64,000 nt of DNA from Oligoflexales bacterium (GCA_965215515.1 OZ244057.1:288001-352000); one strand, 5' to 3'; positions 1 through 10,970 are shown, counted from the first letter of the stretch. Notes: generated by a model not told the origin, from the letters alone. Numbers and translations are program-made.

Positions 1-1887
1 ATCAGCACTGCACCTAACGAAACGTACCAGCTCACCAGTAAGTTCAGCCCGCGCCTCGGTGCACCACACGTCTACCAGCGGCCTCAACGTGATGTGCACA
101 GCGGTTTACCGCGCCGTGCGTTGGTGCTGCGCGAGGCACAGGACGAGCGTGTTTTGCAGGAGGGTGAGTTTCGTATCTACGACACCTATCTTTATGGTGA
201 CAAAGTGGTGTTTTTGGAATACGAATTCTCGCACACCCGTCTGTGCTGGTATGCGCGCAGTGCGCCGCACCTCAAACACTGCCCCTTGACCGCAGAGTAT
301 CCACAAAGCCTGAAGATACTCGGGAAGCGAGGCGACACGCTTTGGTTGCGGCGTTACCACGAGCGGGTGGACGGCGGTAGTTACCACATAATTACTTGGC
401 ATCCTACGCAAGGCAGTCATACCTTCAAGTGGCCGTTCATCAGCGAGCCGTTGCAGGTTGCGTTTGTGGCGGACAAGACTTATTTTTTCATCGCCGAACG
501 CCGTTTTCGCACTATTATCGAGATCGATAGCAGGTGGCGTTGTGTGCAGAAAATAAAATTTGCCGATCACCTGACAGGACTTTTTACGCAGCGAGGCGAG
601 GTGGTGGTTGCCCTCTATCACCCTGACGGGCACGTGCTTGTCCGTCCTTCCGCTCAGGACATTGCGCGCAGCAGCGTCCCGTGCCGTGTGCTCAGCGGGC
701 ACAGTTCGCCGCTGCTTTATGCTTTGCAACAAAAGCAACCACCTTCCTTGCCACAGGCGCTCGCCCAATATGAGGCGGGCAGGAACACACAACCGTTGTC
801 GTTCGAGGCCACGGAGGAAACACACCTCGACCTAGCCGCGACCGCTCCCGATAGCGGCGTGCGTCCGCTGTTTGTTTTTCCCACCTTAGGGGCGATGGAT
901 GTGCAGAGTTTACAGCTCGGCATTATCTCTGTGCCTTTGATGGACTGGCTGCAGAATGAAATGTTGGTTGCCAACGTTATGTATGGTCTCACGTCGCGCT
1001 ATCCCGCCATCGATCTGACTTTTACCAGCACTCGTTTTCATCCGACCTTACAAGCATCGGTGTTCAAGCACCAGCTCTATGACGGCACGGATAGCGAGGG
1101 GCGGGCACTCTACTACGATGAGGTTGGTATACGAGGCACCGCGGTGAAGACTTTTTATCTGCGTACAACGCGCCTTGCTTTCACGCTAGGTTTAGGCGGT
1201 GCTCGTTTACAACGCTATCTTTATCGCGGCCACGATGAGGTTCCGCAAGGGGTTGTTTCGCATCTTGCACTCGGTATCGCGTGGGCTGGCAGCAGTGCGC
1301 AGCATGCTTGGCAACTGCGTACTTGGGGATTGTTCTATCCTTCTTTGAGCAATCGTGTTTTCCATTACCAGCGTCTCGGTGCGGAAGCGAATGGGCAGGC
1401 AGCGTTGCCCTTTTTTGCTTCGGAGTTGGTCGGTAGTGTGGAGACTTCGCTCACGACGGGAGCTAAGCGACGCAACTTGCAAGAACTTTATCAAGTGCTG
1501 CAAACGTGGAGTCCCGCCCACAGTCGCGGCCTCAACGCTGTCAGCTTCCCCATTGTCAGCGATGGCGGGTTGTTTAGCTATCGTCACGGTGACACACAGG
1601 CGCGGGCACGGGTGGCTTGGGTGGTGCCGCTGCTGGCAAACTTCGACAAGCTGTTCTGGATTTTTTACGCCGAAAAACTAAACTTCAGTGCTTTTTGCAA
1701 TTACGGGGGGGCGTGGTATCGGCAGGACGGCTTGCATAACGCCGACTTTGTTTTTGCTCACGGGTACAGTCTTGATCTGCACCTCAACAACAAAGGTGTG
1801 CAATTCAATTTCGGCCTCGGTGCAGGGCAAGTGTGGCGCTCCCCACTGGAAGTCTATGCCAACTTTGGGTTTAGCTCGATGCTTTAA
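1..1887 (+). CDS. Outer-membrane beta-barrel protein, BamA/TamA-like C-terminus; 5' end lies outside the window
   Basis: Frame is open from base 1. C-terminal part has alternating aromatic beta-strands ending ...LEVYANFGFSSML. Confidence 0.55.
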   Translation: MSTAPNETYQLTSKFSPRLGAPHVYQRPQRDVHSGLPRRALVLREAQDERVLQEGEFRIYDTYLYGDKVVFLEYEFSHTRLCWYARSAPHLKHCPLTAEYPQSLKILGKRGDTLWLRRYHERVDGGSYHIITWHPTQGSHTFKWPFISEPLQVAFVADKTYFFIAERRFRTIIEIDSRWRCVQKIKFADHLTGLFTQRGEVVVALYHPDGHVLVRPSAQDIARSSVPCRVLSGHSSPLLYALQQKQPPSLPQALAQYEAGRNTQPLSFEATEETHLDLAATAPDSGVRPLFVFPTLGAMDVQSLQLGIISVPLMDWLQNEMLVANVMYGLTSRYPAIDLTFTSTRFHPTLQASVFKHQLYDGTDSEGRALYYDEVGIRGTAVKTFYLRTTRLAFTLGLGGARLQRYLYRGHDEVPQGVVSHLALGIAWAGSSAQHAWQLRTWGLFYPSLSNRVFHYQRLGAEANGQAALPFFASELVGSVETSLTTGAKRRNLQELYQVLQTWSPAHSRGLNAVSFPIVSDGGLFSYRHGDTQARARVAWVVPLLANFDKLFWIFYAEKLNFSAFCNYGGAWYRQDGLHNADFVFAHGYSLDLHLNNKGVQFNFGLGAGQVWRSPLEVYANFGFSSML

Positions 1888-1926
1888 CGGCATGTGTGTC
1901 TCAGCCCGACTGCCCCCCACCCCAGG

Positions 1927-2031
1927 TTAGTGATCTTTATAGCCAGTAGGTGGCAGGATGACTCCATCGTCGATGCTCAAAATTATATCGTCACCATGCG
2001 GATAGAAGGCATCGTCATCAGCCCTGTTCTC
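1927..2031 (-). pseudogene. 3' remnant of a paralog of the sulfatase-like gene at 10971-12743, cut by an IS
   Basis: Translates ENRADDDAFYPHGDDIILSIDDGVILPPTGYKDH*, matching KDKPADDAFYLHKGKVVKSISDGIILPP. Ends at the CTAG where the IS end begins. Confidence 0.75.
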
Positions 2032-2510
2032 TAGGGCGTGTCGCCGTTTTGATTCTATCATTTTAACAACTCCCTAGTGTTGCATGGCATAGCGTGGATG
2101 ACCAGACAACAATGCATCCAAGTAAAAGCATGCCTTCGTAGTTTCTTTTCAGCTTTTCATATCGTGTGGCAATAGACCTGAAGTGTTTTAGCCTTGCAAA
2201 TAAATTCTCAACCTTATGCCTGAGTTTATATGCTTCTTTACAGAAAGACTCGTTCTTTTTACTAGAATTACTCCTTCTTGGTATGACAGGATTGCCCCCG
2301 TTATTTTTGGTTGTTTCTCTTATCTTATCATCATCGTAGCCTTTATCAGCAATGACGTTGCCAGCTTGAGGCAAATTCTCAAGCAATTCTTCGGCCATCA
2401 CAGCGTCGTGCACCTGTCCTTCGGTAATGACAAAATCAACAGGTCGAGCCATAGTGTCTGCTACCATACTAATCTTCGTCGTGTGGCCACCAACTGACTT
2501 GCCCATAACA
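2032..2510 (-). mobile_element. IS5-family element remnant: C-terminal transposase half plus terminal repeat
   Basis: Motifs GKSVGGHTTKI, ADKGYD and YKLRHKVENLFARLKHFRSIATRYEK. End TAGGGCGTGTCGCCGTTT at 2032-2049 recurs at 34576. Confidence 0.88.
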
Positions 2511-2591
2511 GGAGGCGATCGGTGCCCCTGAAGCGCGCGTTGATACGGAGCATGGAGCAAAATAAATTTACCTTTCTTGAGCCAGGGATAG

Positions 2592-2882
2592 GTGTCATCG
2601 ATGGGGGAGTATATGAGTATCTTGCCAGGTTTAAAGCGAGACGAAGCGGTCATCATGTTGCAGAAAACCGCCACCTGCACGAGCATCAACAGTGTCAGTG
2701 AGGTCAATGGTGCGGGGGTGCTCAATCACTACAAAATGCTGCGGGTTGCCCAAAGATTGCACGCGGCTGGCTTTAACGAGGCTGACCGTGCTCAGAGACT
2801 CGCCCTGCTCAAAGACGAAAAGCACTACGACTTTGCCAGAGAAGCGACAGGGCTTCAAGCAGAAGCAGACGCGGGGAGGTAA
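2592..2882 (+). pseudogene. Gene fragment, possibly the C-terminal part of an S8 peptidase
   Basis: LPGLKRDEAVIMLQKTA...GAGVLN resembles the segment after the subtilase catalytic Ser. No catalytic motifs are present. Confidence 0.3.
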
Positions 2883-2964
2883 CACTTAATTTTGGCTATT
2901 TGCTGCTCGATCTGGCGGCTCTCTCCAGAGAGGTATTGCGAGCCTAATTTCCACAATCATACCC

Positions 2965-3511
2965 CTACCTATTGGCCTGGCAAAGTTTGCAACAGTTGAG
3001 CAAGGAAGCATAAATAAACTCATTGCCGCAGGCACGGACAAAATCCTCCGTGCGTCCCTCGCGGAGCAAATCGATGGCATTGGGTCGAAAGGTAAAACCA
3101 TTCGCCAACAACAGCTGGTTGGCAACCCGCACATGTACCAGCAAATAACGCGATGCGCTGTTTTTATTGACACTGCGGGCAAAACTGACCCGTGCATCGA
3201 CCTTGAAAAACACAGACGTTTTCAACATACCCGCCGCTGAAATGTTGAGATTTTCTCGCAACGCCGACTCGGAAGCGATCTCCAACACGCGAAATTCAGC
3301 ATACTGCCCCCGCTCCTCGCCACTTTGCGTACGCATCTCGGCAAGATCGACACAAAACCCTTTCGCCTCCCCATCGACCGTACTCAATCCCTGCCCAGGC
3401 AATAGCGCCAAACTCGCGTCCTCGCCATACACGTTCTTTTCAACCAGCACGGCGTTCACGTCCCCCCCCCACCGCCAATAGGCATATCAGCAACAACCTC
3501 CCCCGTATCAC
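2965..3511 (-). pseudogene. Secreted protein with MACPF-like N-terminal pattern; frameshifted at a G9 tract and 3'-truncated
   Basis: GTG at 3511 with RBS gives MIRGRLLLICLLAVGG. Removing one G at 3462-3470 joins it to ORF 2965-3459 (PGQGLSTVDGEAKGFCV...FVRACGNEFI). Confidence 0.45.
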
Positions 3512-3621
3512 ATACCCCTCCCCACCCTAAAATTAACCCAGCCCCAATAACCTAACAGATCGCACCCCAAAAAATGGCTGAGCTTTGCAGCTCAGCGAAC
3601 GCGGTAACAGCTAATTTGTTT

Positions 3622-4557
3622 TTAACTACAAGATGTTATCCAGCAAAATGAGTGTTGGGGTGCTAGCATATGCTTGATACTTCGATCCCGTTTGTGAGAG
3701 ACACAGCCTGTCTGTTCGGAACAAGTTAACCGAGGGCGCTGACGCGATCGGGGGCGATGTCGCTCTGGATATTTGCTAGCATATACAAAAAGAAAACACC
3801 CGCAAGGGAGCTTTACACCTCTTTGTATTAAAAATTTTTCTATTACGGTCATTCGATGAAAAATCCCCAAAGGATCATGCAGAAGCCCATCTAAGTGTAA
3901 TTCTTTTTTCATTATTTTTTTTAAAGCTAAATAATATTTGATTAGCAAAGCGGCAGGAATTAGAAAACTAAAAAAATATTTGTACTCCACAAGTGTAAAA
4001 CCAGCTTTTGTCAGCACAGTTTGTATCGAGGTATGGGTGTATCTACGGCGATGCCCTAGTATTGCATCATGCCACGAATACAACCAGGGGTATGCGGGGA
4101 CTGTCAGCAAAAGTTTTCCGTTCGGTTGGAGTACTGTGTGTATGTCTCTCAAGGCTTTTTCGTCATTTTTGATATGTTCGAGAACATCGAGTGCTGTGAT
4201 AATATCATAGGTGGTTCCAGTTACGTCTTTAAATGTTTTTAAAAAATTAATTCTTTTGTCTTGTAAAATTTTCAGGTCTTTTGTGTCATCAAGTGTCCAA
4301 TATGGTTCGAAGCCAGTCAAAGACAGAGAGAAATTGTTATCGCGTAGATATCGCAAGAAGTGCCCACTGCCACATCCAAAGTCAAGCAATTTTTGTTTAT
4401 CGGTGATGGGGTTGGGGATGAAGTTGGTCACAAGAGCATAACGATGCCGATTAAACCAATTGTCTGCGTTGACTAATGAATGATCTTTCATGTAGTGAGC
4501 AGCATCATCTTCTGAGGCAATTTTGTATTTTTTGAAAAAGTCATGTGTAGATGCCAT
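3622..4557 (-). CDS. Class I SAM-dependent methyltransferase
   Basis: Motifs LLDFGCGSG, YDIITALDVLEHI, LLLTVPA and GHRRRY. The tail after ~3770 looks like read-through. Confidence 0.9.
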   Translation of the reverse strand: MASTHDFFKKYKIASEDDAAHYMKDHSLVNADNWFNRHRYALVTNFIPNPITDKQKLLDFGCGSGHFLRYLRDNNFSLSLTGFEPYWTLDDTKDLKILQDKRINFLKTFKDVTGTTYDIITALDVLEHIKNDEKALRDIHTVLQPNGKLLLTVPAYPWLYSWHDAILGHRRRYTHTSIQTVLTKAGFTLVEYKYFFSFLIPAALLIKYYLALKKIMKKELHLDGLLHDPLGIFHRMTVIEKFLIQRGVKLPCGCFLFVYASKYPERHRPRSRQRPRLTCSEQTGCVSHKRDRSIKHMLAPQHSFCWITSCS

Positions 4558-4597
4558 TGTGTTTACCCATAATGAGATTTAAATTATTTGGAATAGC

Positions 4598-6391
4598 TCA
4601 ATTATTGTCACTTGAATAGTCCTTGTGTATCTGTTCGTACTGAGTTCGAAATTCTACACCATCGAACACAAGCAAGCCTCCTACTCCCCGCTGTTTAATA
4701 TAGGAAGTGCGGATATTGTGCGAGCGCAGCAGACGATCAATTTTATTTACACTAGGCTGATTATGTTCCATATACAAAATTTTGACAGTAAAATTTTGAT
4801 CTATTTCTTTTATTTTTTGGTAGATATGATCTATATTAGATGCACAGTGCATGGGCTTATTGGTAAAGTGTCTCTCAAGGGTACTAAACCTATATCTAGA
4901 ACAGTAGTCACTAGAGAAAACAACATCTTCGTACTGTGTGTTCTGTCTGACAAAATTTCCAATGACTACATGGTGATACGCGGGAGGAGAAAACATTTTA
5001 GTTACAGGCTCTTTGTTATAAATTTGACTGTATGCGTAGATGATAGAAGAACAAAGTGCCGCTAGCGTTACAACCGCTATGTTTTTTTTGTTCGTGAAAT
5101 TTATAGCAGATATTAGGTAATGTTTTCTTGCTATTCGCATGATAAAAATTGGAGACAGCATAAAACTCATACTTAGTGCGGGGCTGAACGTCAGAGACGA
5201 AAATTTGTGATTCGCCCAAGTATGAGCAAAAAACATGTGATATGCAATAACAGGAATAAAAAGCATAAATAACACAGTTGTTGCAATGTTATTAATCCCA
5301 TCTTTTTTGGTGCTAATTGCCAGGCAGATTGTTGCATAAAGTACTAATAAGCCACCGCCACCATAGCCTAGATGCACGTGATCGTATAACGATGTCCGTA
5401 GATAAGAGATGTATTGAACAATACCATCAAACATACCCATTCTGAATAAAATATTGTCCAGCAAGGTAAATCCATTACTTGATGTAGCAGTGTGTAAAAA
5501 GCCTTGGGAGGGATATGTTATAAAATAATAGGTGATTTGGTATAGCCAAATTGCAACAGCGATCAAGGCTGGAGCGAAAAACAAAACGCTCTTTTTTAGC
5601 TGATGGAATCCTTGTTTATAAGTAAAGGGTAGAGGAATTTCTTTTCTTATGATTCGCATGATATAGACAGTTATAATAACGAAAACAAAAATCCAGTCGG
5701 TGAGCACCCCCCAAAACATTACTATAGGCTGTATAATTCGTATGGCACGTAGAACGCGAGGGGAGGTATGTGCAATATGTAGCAATTCTAGCAGAATTAA
5801 CAGTACAAATGGTAGCATAGCCGCCATGATATGATAGAAAGATAGGTGATGCCAATAAAGGCTGCCAGCATTGTGAAACTGTATAATAGCGGGAGAAATT
5901 GCAAGAAGTGTACTGTTTAGATAACAAAAACCAATCTTTTTGCAAATAATAAATGATGTCGAGCACAACATTAGAGTTAGCAAAAAGTGTAGCAAATAAT
6001 TTAAAAAAACTATCAACAACAGTTGTTTGCCGCGCTGATAAAAATCAGGGATAACACCAGTTAAATCAAGTATTTTTAGTAGTCCATACACTGGCAAGGT
6101 TGTGCCAGGAGGATAACTACCATGGAATGCGCGCTTGTCAAGAGTAGCTACTTCAACCGAAGGAGGATACCAGTACGAGCCGAAGCAAAGATTAAAAATC
6201 CCCTCCCGCAACCAATTATTAGCAAAGGACAACTGCTGACCAGCACCATCTTGATGCGGAGAACTACTCATGAAGGTCGGCACTATCCACTTCTCCCTCA
6301 CCACCACACTGCGTACAAAGAAAAAACTGGTAAACAGGGTGATGATAAGCAGACAAAAGACTGTTTTGTTTTTTATTTGAGCGAGCGACAA
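4598..6391 (-). CDS. Polytopic membrane protein, putative GT-C-fold glycosyltransferase (paralog A)
   Basis: About 11-12 hydrophobic segments; loop motif NNWLREG...GSYPPG; homologous to 6682-8514 and 9114-10970. Confidence 0.6.
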   Translation of the reverse strand: MSLAQIKNKTVFCLLIITLFTSFFFVRSVVVREKWIVPTFMSSSPHQDGAGQQLSFANNWLREGIFNLCFGSYWYPPSVEVATLDKRAFHGSYPPGTTLPVYGLLKILDLTGVIPDFYQRGKQLLLIVFLNYLLHFLLTLMLCSTSFIICKKIGFCYLNSTLLAISPAIIQFHNAGSLYWHHLSFYHIMAAMLPFVLLILLELLHIAHTSPRVLRAIRIIQPIVMFWGVLTDWIFVFVIITVYIMRIIRKEIPLPFTYKQGFHQLKKSVLFFAPALIAVAIWLYQITYYFITYPSQGFLHTATSSNGFTLLDNILFRMGMFDGIVQYISYLRTSLYDHVHLGYGGGGLLVLYATICLAISTKKDGINNIATTVLFMLFIPVIAYHMFFAHTWANHKFSSLTFSPALSMSFMLSPIFIMRIARKHYLISAINFTNKKNIAVVTLAALCSSIIYAYSQIYNKEPVTKMFSPPAYHHVVIGNFVRQNTQYEDVVFSSDYCSRYRFSTLERHFTNKPMHCASNIDHIYQKIKEIDQNFTVKILYMEHNQPSVNKIDRLLRSHNIRTSYIKQRGVGGLLVFDGVEFRTQYEQIHKDYSSDNN

Positions 6392-6681
6392 GAGTTATAC
6401 CTTTTTACTAGTCAATTTTCCGCAGCAGCCTATCAGCTATCATCTCAATCTCTTCCTCTTCCAGTTCTACACTTGTGACAATGTTTCCTTGTTCTCCGTC
6501 ATGGCAAGTTTAGCAACAACAACTAGCAATGTTACTACTGCCAGATCGATAGCTATAGTGTATCTGTATCCAATTTTTTTCTTTTTTCGCAAATAGAAAG
6601 ATAGCAAACATAGACAAATTATAATAATAACTGTAATAATTAACACAAAACTACCCTGTAGCTATAATTTCTCCAATCACA

Positions 6682-8514
6682 TCAGTTGGCTCTTCTCAGC
6701 TCAGCTGCGGATGGCGGTAAAATAATTCCATCATCGATGCTCTGTATAACTCTTTCATACCAAGCTAAAAATTGCTTTCCATTGAAAGCTAGCATGCCAC
6801 CCAACATTTCTTTCTCAACACTAGATGTGTGTAGGCCACTAGTGTTGAGAAATCTTTCTAGCTGATATGTATTTTCCTTGTATTTTTCGAGATACAAGAC
6901 TCTGATTGTAAAATCGCTTGTTATTAGCTTAGTTTTCTCATAGATCTGATCCAGATTGTACACACAGTAAATAGTTTTGCCAGAGAAGTGGGCTTCCATC
7001 ATACTTAACAGTTCAGATCTCGGACAATAATCACTGGAAAAGACAATGTCCTCGTACCTCGTATTTTTCCTGACAAAAGTTCCCACAGTAGCAAAGTGCC
7101 ATGCTGGTGGATGAAACATCTTGGTGACAGATTGTTTGTTATAAATCTGAGTGTATCCATAAATAATTGATAAACTTAACGAAATCAGGGCTGCGACTGT
7201 TATATTTATCTTTCCAAGTAATTGGATAGATATTGATGGTGGTTTTTTCATTATTTGTAGAATTAATATCGGCATAAGCACAAAACTTACGCTCAAAGCA
7301 GGGCTGAACATGAGAGATGAATGAGAGTGTTTCGCGTTGTGATGAGGTAGAAATAGGTGCCAAGCAAGACAGGGAACAAAAAACACAAGATACATACCTA
7401 CCAGAAGGGTTAACTTCTTTGATATATACTTATATCTCAAGATGACTGTAATAAGTGTGACATAGAGTAGCAACATACCACTTATCCCATAACCATCAAT
7501 AACATGTTGGTAAAACGCAGTTTTGATATACATCATGATATTATCAAAGCCATCGGTAAAGCCTGTTCTAAACAGAAAGTTGGTAGTTAAATTAGTATTA
7601 CGGCTGGAGATGCCAGCATTGAAAAATGTGGTGTATGCAATATTATTCGCGTAATAAGCTACTTGGTATACCCATAACACAATTGCGACTAGAGAGGGAA
7701 CAAAAAATAAAAAGCTCTGCTTTACCCACTTCACTACCCGTAGAAAAGAGGTAGGTGACTCAACCTCCTTTCTCATCATACGCATAATGTAGATTGTCAA
7801 AATAATAAAACCAAAGATCCAATTAGTCAACATACCTATGAAAGCTACTACAGGCTGTGCTATGTATATTATACGTGTAGCGCGAGAATGCGTATCGGAT
7901 CGTAGAAACTCGAGGAGAACATACAACACAAATGGCAATAAAAATATCGTATCTTGGTTGTAGGCTAGATGATGCCAATAAAGGCTATTAGCATTGTGAA
8001 ATTGGGTGATGGCAGGGACTATGGAGAACAAAGTGCTGTTTAACCTATCAAATCCAATCTTGCGGCAAACGAAGAACACTATTCCGCAAAGTACAAGCAC
8101 CAACAAAAAATGATGAATATAGTTGAGTAATATTATCATTAGCAATTGAGTGCCGCGTTTATTATAAATATCTGGAACTAGATTAGTTATCTGGATAGTT
8201 TTAAAAAACAGGTAGATAAAAAAGATAGCTGCAGGCGGATAAGAACCGTAGAACCATCGCTTGTCTAAGGTAGGTCTTTCAACAGACCTCGGATGGATGT
8301 AGGTGGCAAAGCCTAACTGGATTACTCCCTCATCCAGCCAATTGTTGACATAAGATAGGTTCGTGGCAGTAGCTTGTCTATAGTCGCTCAGCCAAGTCGG
8401 CACCATCCACTTCTCCCTTACCACTACACTACGTGCAAAGAAAAAGACGGCAAACAGGGTAATGATAAGCAGACAAAATAAGTTTTTGTTACTACGCATA
8501 GACCACTTCATCAC
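6682..8514 (-). CDS. Polytopic membrane protein, putative GT-C-fold glycosyltransferase (paralog B)
   Basis: Same motifs as paralog A (NNWLDEG, YGSYPP, QFHNANSLYWHH, NTRYEDIVFS). Its C-terminus matches the sulfatase-like gene. Confidence 0.6.
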   Translation of the reverse strand: MMKWSMRSNKNLFCLLIITLFAVFFFARSVVVREKWMVPTWLSDYRQATATNLSYVNNWLDEGVIQLGFATYIHPRSVERPTLDKRWFYGSYPPAAIFFIYLFFKTIQITNLVPDIYNKRGTQLLMIILLNYIHHFLLVLVLCGIVFFVCRKIGFDRLNSTLFSIVPAITQFHNANSLYWHHLAYNQDTIFLLPFVLYVLLEFLRSDTHSRATRIIYIAQPVVAFIGMLTNWIFGFIILTIYIMRMMRKEVESPTSFLRVVKWVKQSFLFFVPSLVAIVLWVYQVAYYANNIAYTTFFNAGISSRNTNLTTNFLFRTGFTDGFDNIMMYIKTAFYQHVIDGYGISGMLLLYVTLITVILRYKYISKKLTLLVGMYLVFFVPCLAWHLFLPHHNAKHSHSSLMFSPALSVSFVLMPILILQIMKKPPSISIQLLGKINITVAALISLSLSIIYGYTQIYNKQSVTKMFHPPAWHFATVGTFVRKNTRYEDIVFSSDYCPRSELLSMMEAHFSGKTIYCVYNLDQIYEKTKLITSDFTIRVLYLEKYKENTYQLERFLNTSGLHTSSVEKEMLGGMLAFNGKQFLAWYERVIQSIDDGIILPPSAAELRRAN

Positions 8515-8830
8515 GCTTCCATCCTCTCTATTTTTTGCTCTAGTACGGATGGTTGGGTGATACTGCGTTTAGTTAGAATTCTTGTCAGTAGTATGTGCCG
8601 CAACTGTACAAAGATAGCACACACCACAAATACTGTCATCACCATAGAACTTAGTGTACCAATACACGCACCGCCAATTACAATCAGCAAAGCTACTCGC
8701 TTTAGTTTGGAAGTAGCAGCCAATGTCACACAGAGCTCATCAACAACTGCAACGATGCAATCCTTTTCATTACGCACAGGCAGTATCACACATAAATCCA
8801 CATTTTGTTTTGAGGTGTGTTTATATTGAA
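8511..8830 (-). pseudogene. Internally deleted GT2 (GtrB/polyprenol-phosphate glycosyltransferase-like) remnant
   Basis: The GT2 N-terminal motif DLCVILPVRNEKDCI is joined almost directly to a C-terminal TM segment; the catalytic core is missing. Confidence 0.55.
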
Positions 8831-9113
8831 TTTTAGTGACTAGCCCCCTGCTGATTCTTCTGTTGTCTAATACTGTCAAGATAACAGCAAGCGGTGGGGA
8901 TTGCCAGCTGTAATTCTGATTTTCGCATGATTGCCTACAATGGGGTGCTGTAAAAGATCCGTAGGCGGGTGCTCGGAAAAACACAAAAAACTTTTCCTTT
9001 ACTGTGCTTGTGTGTATGTGTTGCAATAGAAAAGAAGTAGGTGCTTCGATCGCGGTGATGCGTATCTTTTTGCTAAACTGAAATTTATAATTTTAGTTTT
9101 CTTAACGAGTGGT

Positions 9114-10970
9114 TTGTTGTTTGCGCAAATAATAAAGAGCAGGACGGCCTTCTGCCTGCTCATTGTCACTCTGTTTACCACCTTTCTCTTCGCCCGCAGT
9201 GTGGTGGTGAGGGAGCGGTGGATTGTGCCGACGTTTTTGACTGGGATTTTCCCTATTCAGAGTTCGTATTATGTGCTTGGTGGTGATAATGTTTCTCAAA
9301 TATTGTTTTATGCCAATAACTGGCTGCGAGAGGGGGCGTTTAATCTTCGTTTTCTTGCCTACAGGAGTCCTCAATCGGTAGAAACACCGACTCTTGACAA
9401 AAGGAGGTTCTATGGCTCTCACCCTCCTGGTGCATATATACCAATTTATTGGTTGCTAAAAGCACTTGATGTAACTGGAATTATTCCAAATATTTACCAC
9501 AAGCGAGGCACTCAGTTGTTGTTGTTAATCTACTACAACTTCATGTTACATTTCATGTTAGTATTGCTGCTGGGGGTGGTAGTATTCTTCGTCTGTCGTA
9601 AGATTGGCTTTGACAATTTAAATAGCACACTTCTTGCTCTAGTTCCTTCTATCGTACAATTTCACAACCCTGCTAGTCTTTACTACCACCACTTTGAATT
9701 TGACCAGACGATAGCGGTCATGCTACCCTTTGTGACCTGTGTTTTCTTAGAATTTTTTCGGATCAGCTACGCGTCGTCTCGTATTAGACATATTGTAAAG
9801 GTTCTTCAACCACTAGTCATATTCTATGGGTTGTTAACAAGTTGGTTTTTAATTTTTGTTGTGTTAACTTTGTATGCTATACGTGTCATCAGAAGAGAAA
9901 TTAATCTACCGCTTTCTTTTCCACGATCGATACTCTGGCTAAAGCAAAGCTTTTTATTTTTTGCTCCATCTTTGGCAGCTATTGCTTGTTTTGCGTTCAC
10001 AATAATTTACTATCTGCGTAGCATTGCTAAAACTAATTTATCTAATGCCTCTATTTCATCACGTGGATTTACTTTAATAGAAAATATATTGTATCGCATA
10101 GGTCTTGGCGATGGCTTAGACCGTACCTTACTCTATTGGAAGATGTCCTTTGTCATCTTCCCATATGTTAGCTACGGCTTAGCTGGACTGGTAATGATCT
10201 ACAGCATCTTCTATTTTGCAATTCGTGTTCGCAGCTTTGTGCCAAATGAGGTGAGAAGGAACAATCCTGCGATAATTTTGTGTTTGATGCTTTTTATCCC
10301 CTGTCTCATAAAATTTCTAGTTTTTGCGCAAGAAAATGCCGATCATCCCTACATGTCTATTTTGCTTAGCCCCATCCTGTCGGTAGGGTTTGCTTTTGCC
10401 CCAATTTTTGTTTTACAAATGCTGAAGAAAAATCACCTTACTTCCGTTCTTAAGCTCAAAGGGAACTGTAGTGTAACAGCAGCAGCACTACTTGCACTTG
10501 TTGCTGGGACTCTGTATGGATACGATCACATTTACGACAGACGATCGGTCACTAAGTTTTTCTCCGCACCAGCTTATCATCACGTAGCTATGGGTAATTT
10601 TATTAAAAGGAATACTGCGTATGAGGATGTTGTTTTCTCTAATAGCTACTATTTGAAATCAGGATGGGATATTAGTGAAACTTATTTCACAGATAAATCT
10701 ATCTATTTTGCCAGCAACATTAGTCATGTATACTATAAAACTAAATCGATTGAACAAGATTTTAGTATAAAAGTTTTCTTCAGTACTGCTAAACGCAGTG
10801 AGGCAGAGAGCTTATCTACTTTTCTCCGCGAGCAGGGCATCACTGTCAGCAGCACTGAAGAAGATAGAGTTGGCAACCTACTGGCCTTTGATGGCAAGGA
10901 ATTTATTTCCTGGTACGAACAAGTACATGAGTGTGATGTGTATCCGCGGCGATGTAATGCAGGAGAATGA
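9114..10970 (+). CDS. Polytopic membrane protein, putative GT-C-fold glycosyltransferase (paralog C)
   Basis: Motifs NNWLREG, FYGSHPPG, QFHNPASLYYHH and NTAYEDVVFS. Confidence 0.6.
   Translation: MLFAQIIKSRTAFCLLIVTLFTTFLFARSVVVRERWIVPTFLTGIFPIQSSYYVLGGDNVSQILFYANNWLREGAFNLRFLAYRSPQSVETPTLDKRRFYGSHPPGAYIPIYWLLKALDVTGIIPNIYHKRGTQLLLLIYYNFMLHFMLVLLLGVVVFFVCRKIGFDNLNSTLLALVPSIVQFHNPASLYYHHFEFDQTIAVMLPFVTCVFLEFFRISYASSRIRHIVKVLQPLVIFYGLLTSWFLIFVVLTLYAIRVIRREINLPLSFPRSILWLKQSFLFFAPSLAAIACFAFTIIYYLRSIAKTNLSNASISSRGFTLIENILYRIGLGDGLDRTLLYWKMSFVIFPYVSYGLAGLVMIYSIFYFAIRVRSFVPNEVRRNNPAIILCLMLFIPCLIKFLVFAQENADHPYMSILLSPILSVGFAFAPIFVLQMLKKNHLTSVLKLKGNCSVTAAALLALVAGTLYGYDHIYDRRSVTKFFSAPAYHHVAMGNFIKRNTAYEDVVFSNSYYLKSGWDISETYFTDKSIYFASNISHVYYKTKSIEQDFSIKVFFSTAKRSEAESLSTFLREQGITVSSTEEDRVGNLLAFDGKEFISWYEQVHECDVYPRRCNAGE

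Noticed and set aside
2510..2725. N-terminal extension of the transposase ORF
   Set aside because: It has no transposase character; it is chance read-through from adjacent DNA.
6410..6650. Short hydrophobic minus-strand reading frame between paralogs A and B
   Set aside because: It may be a gene relic but is too short and broken to assign.
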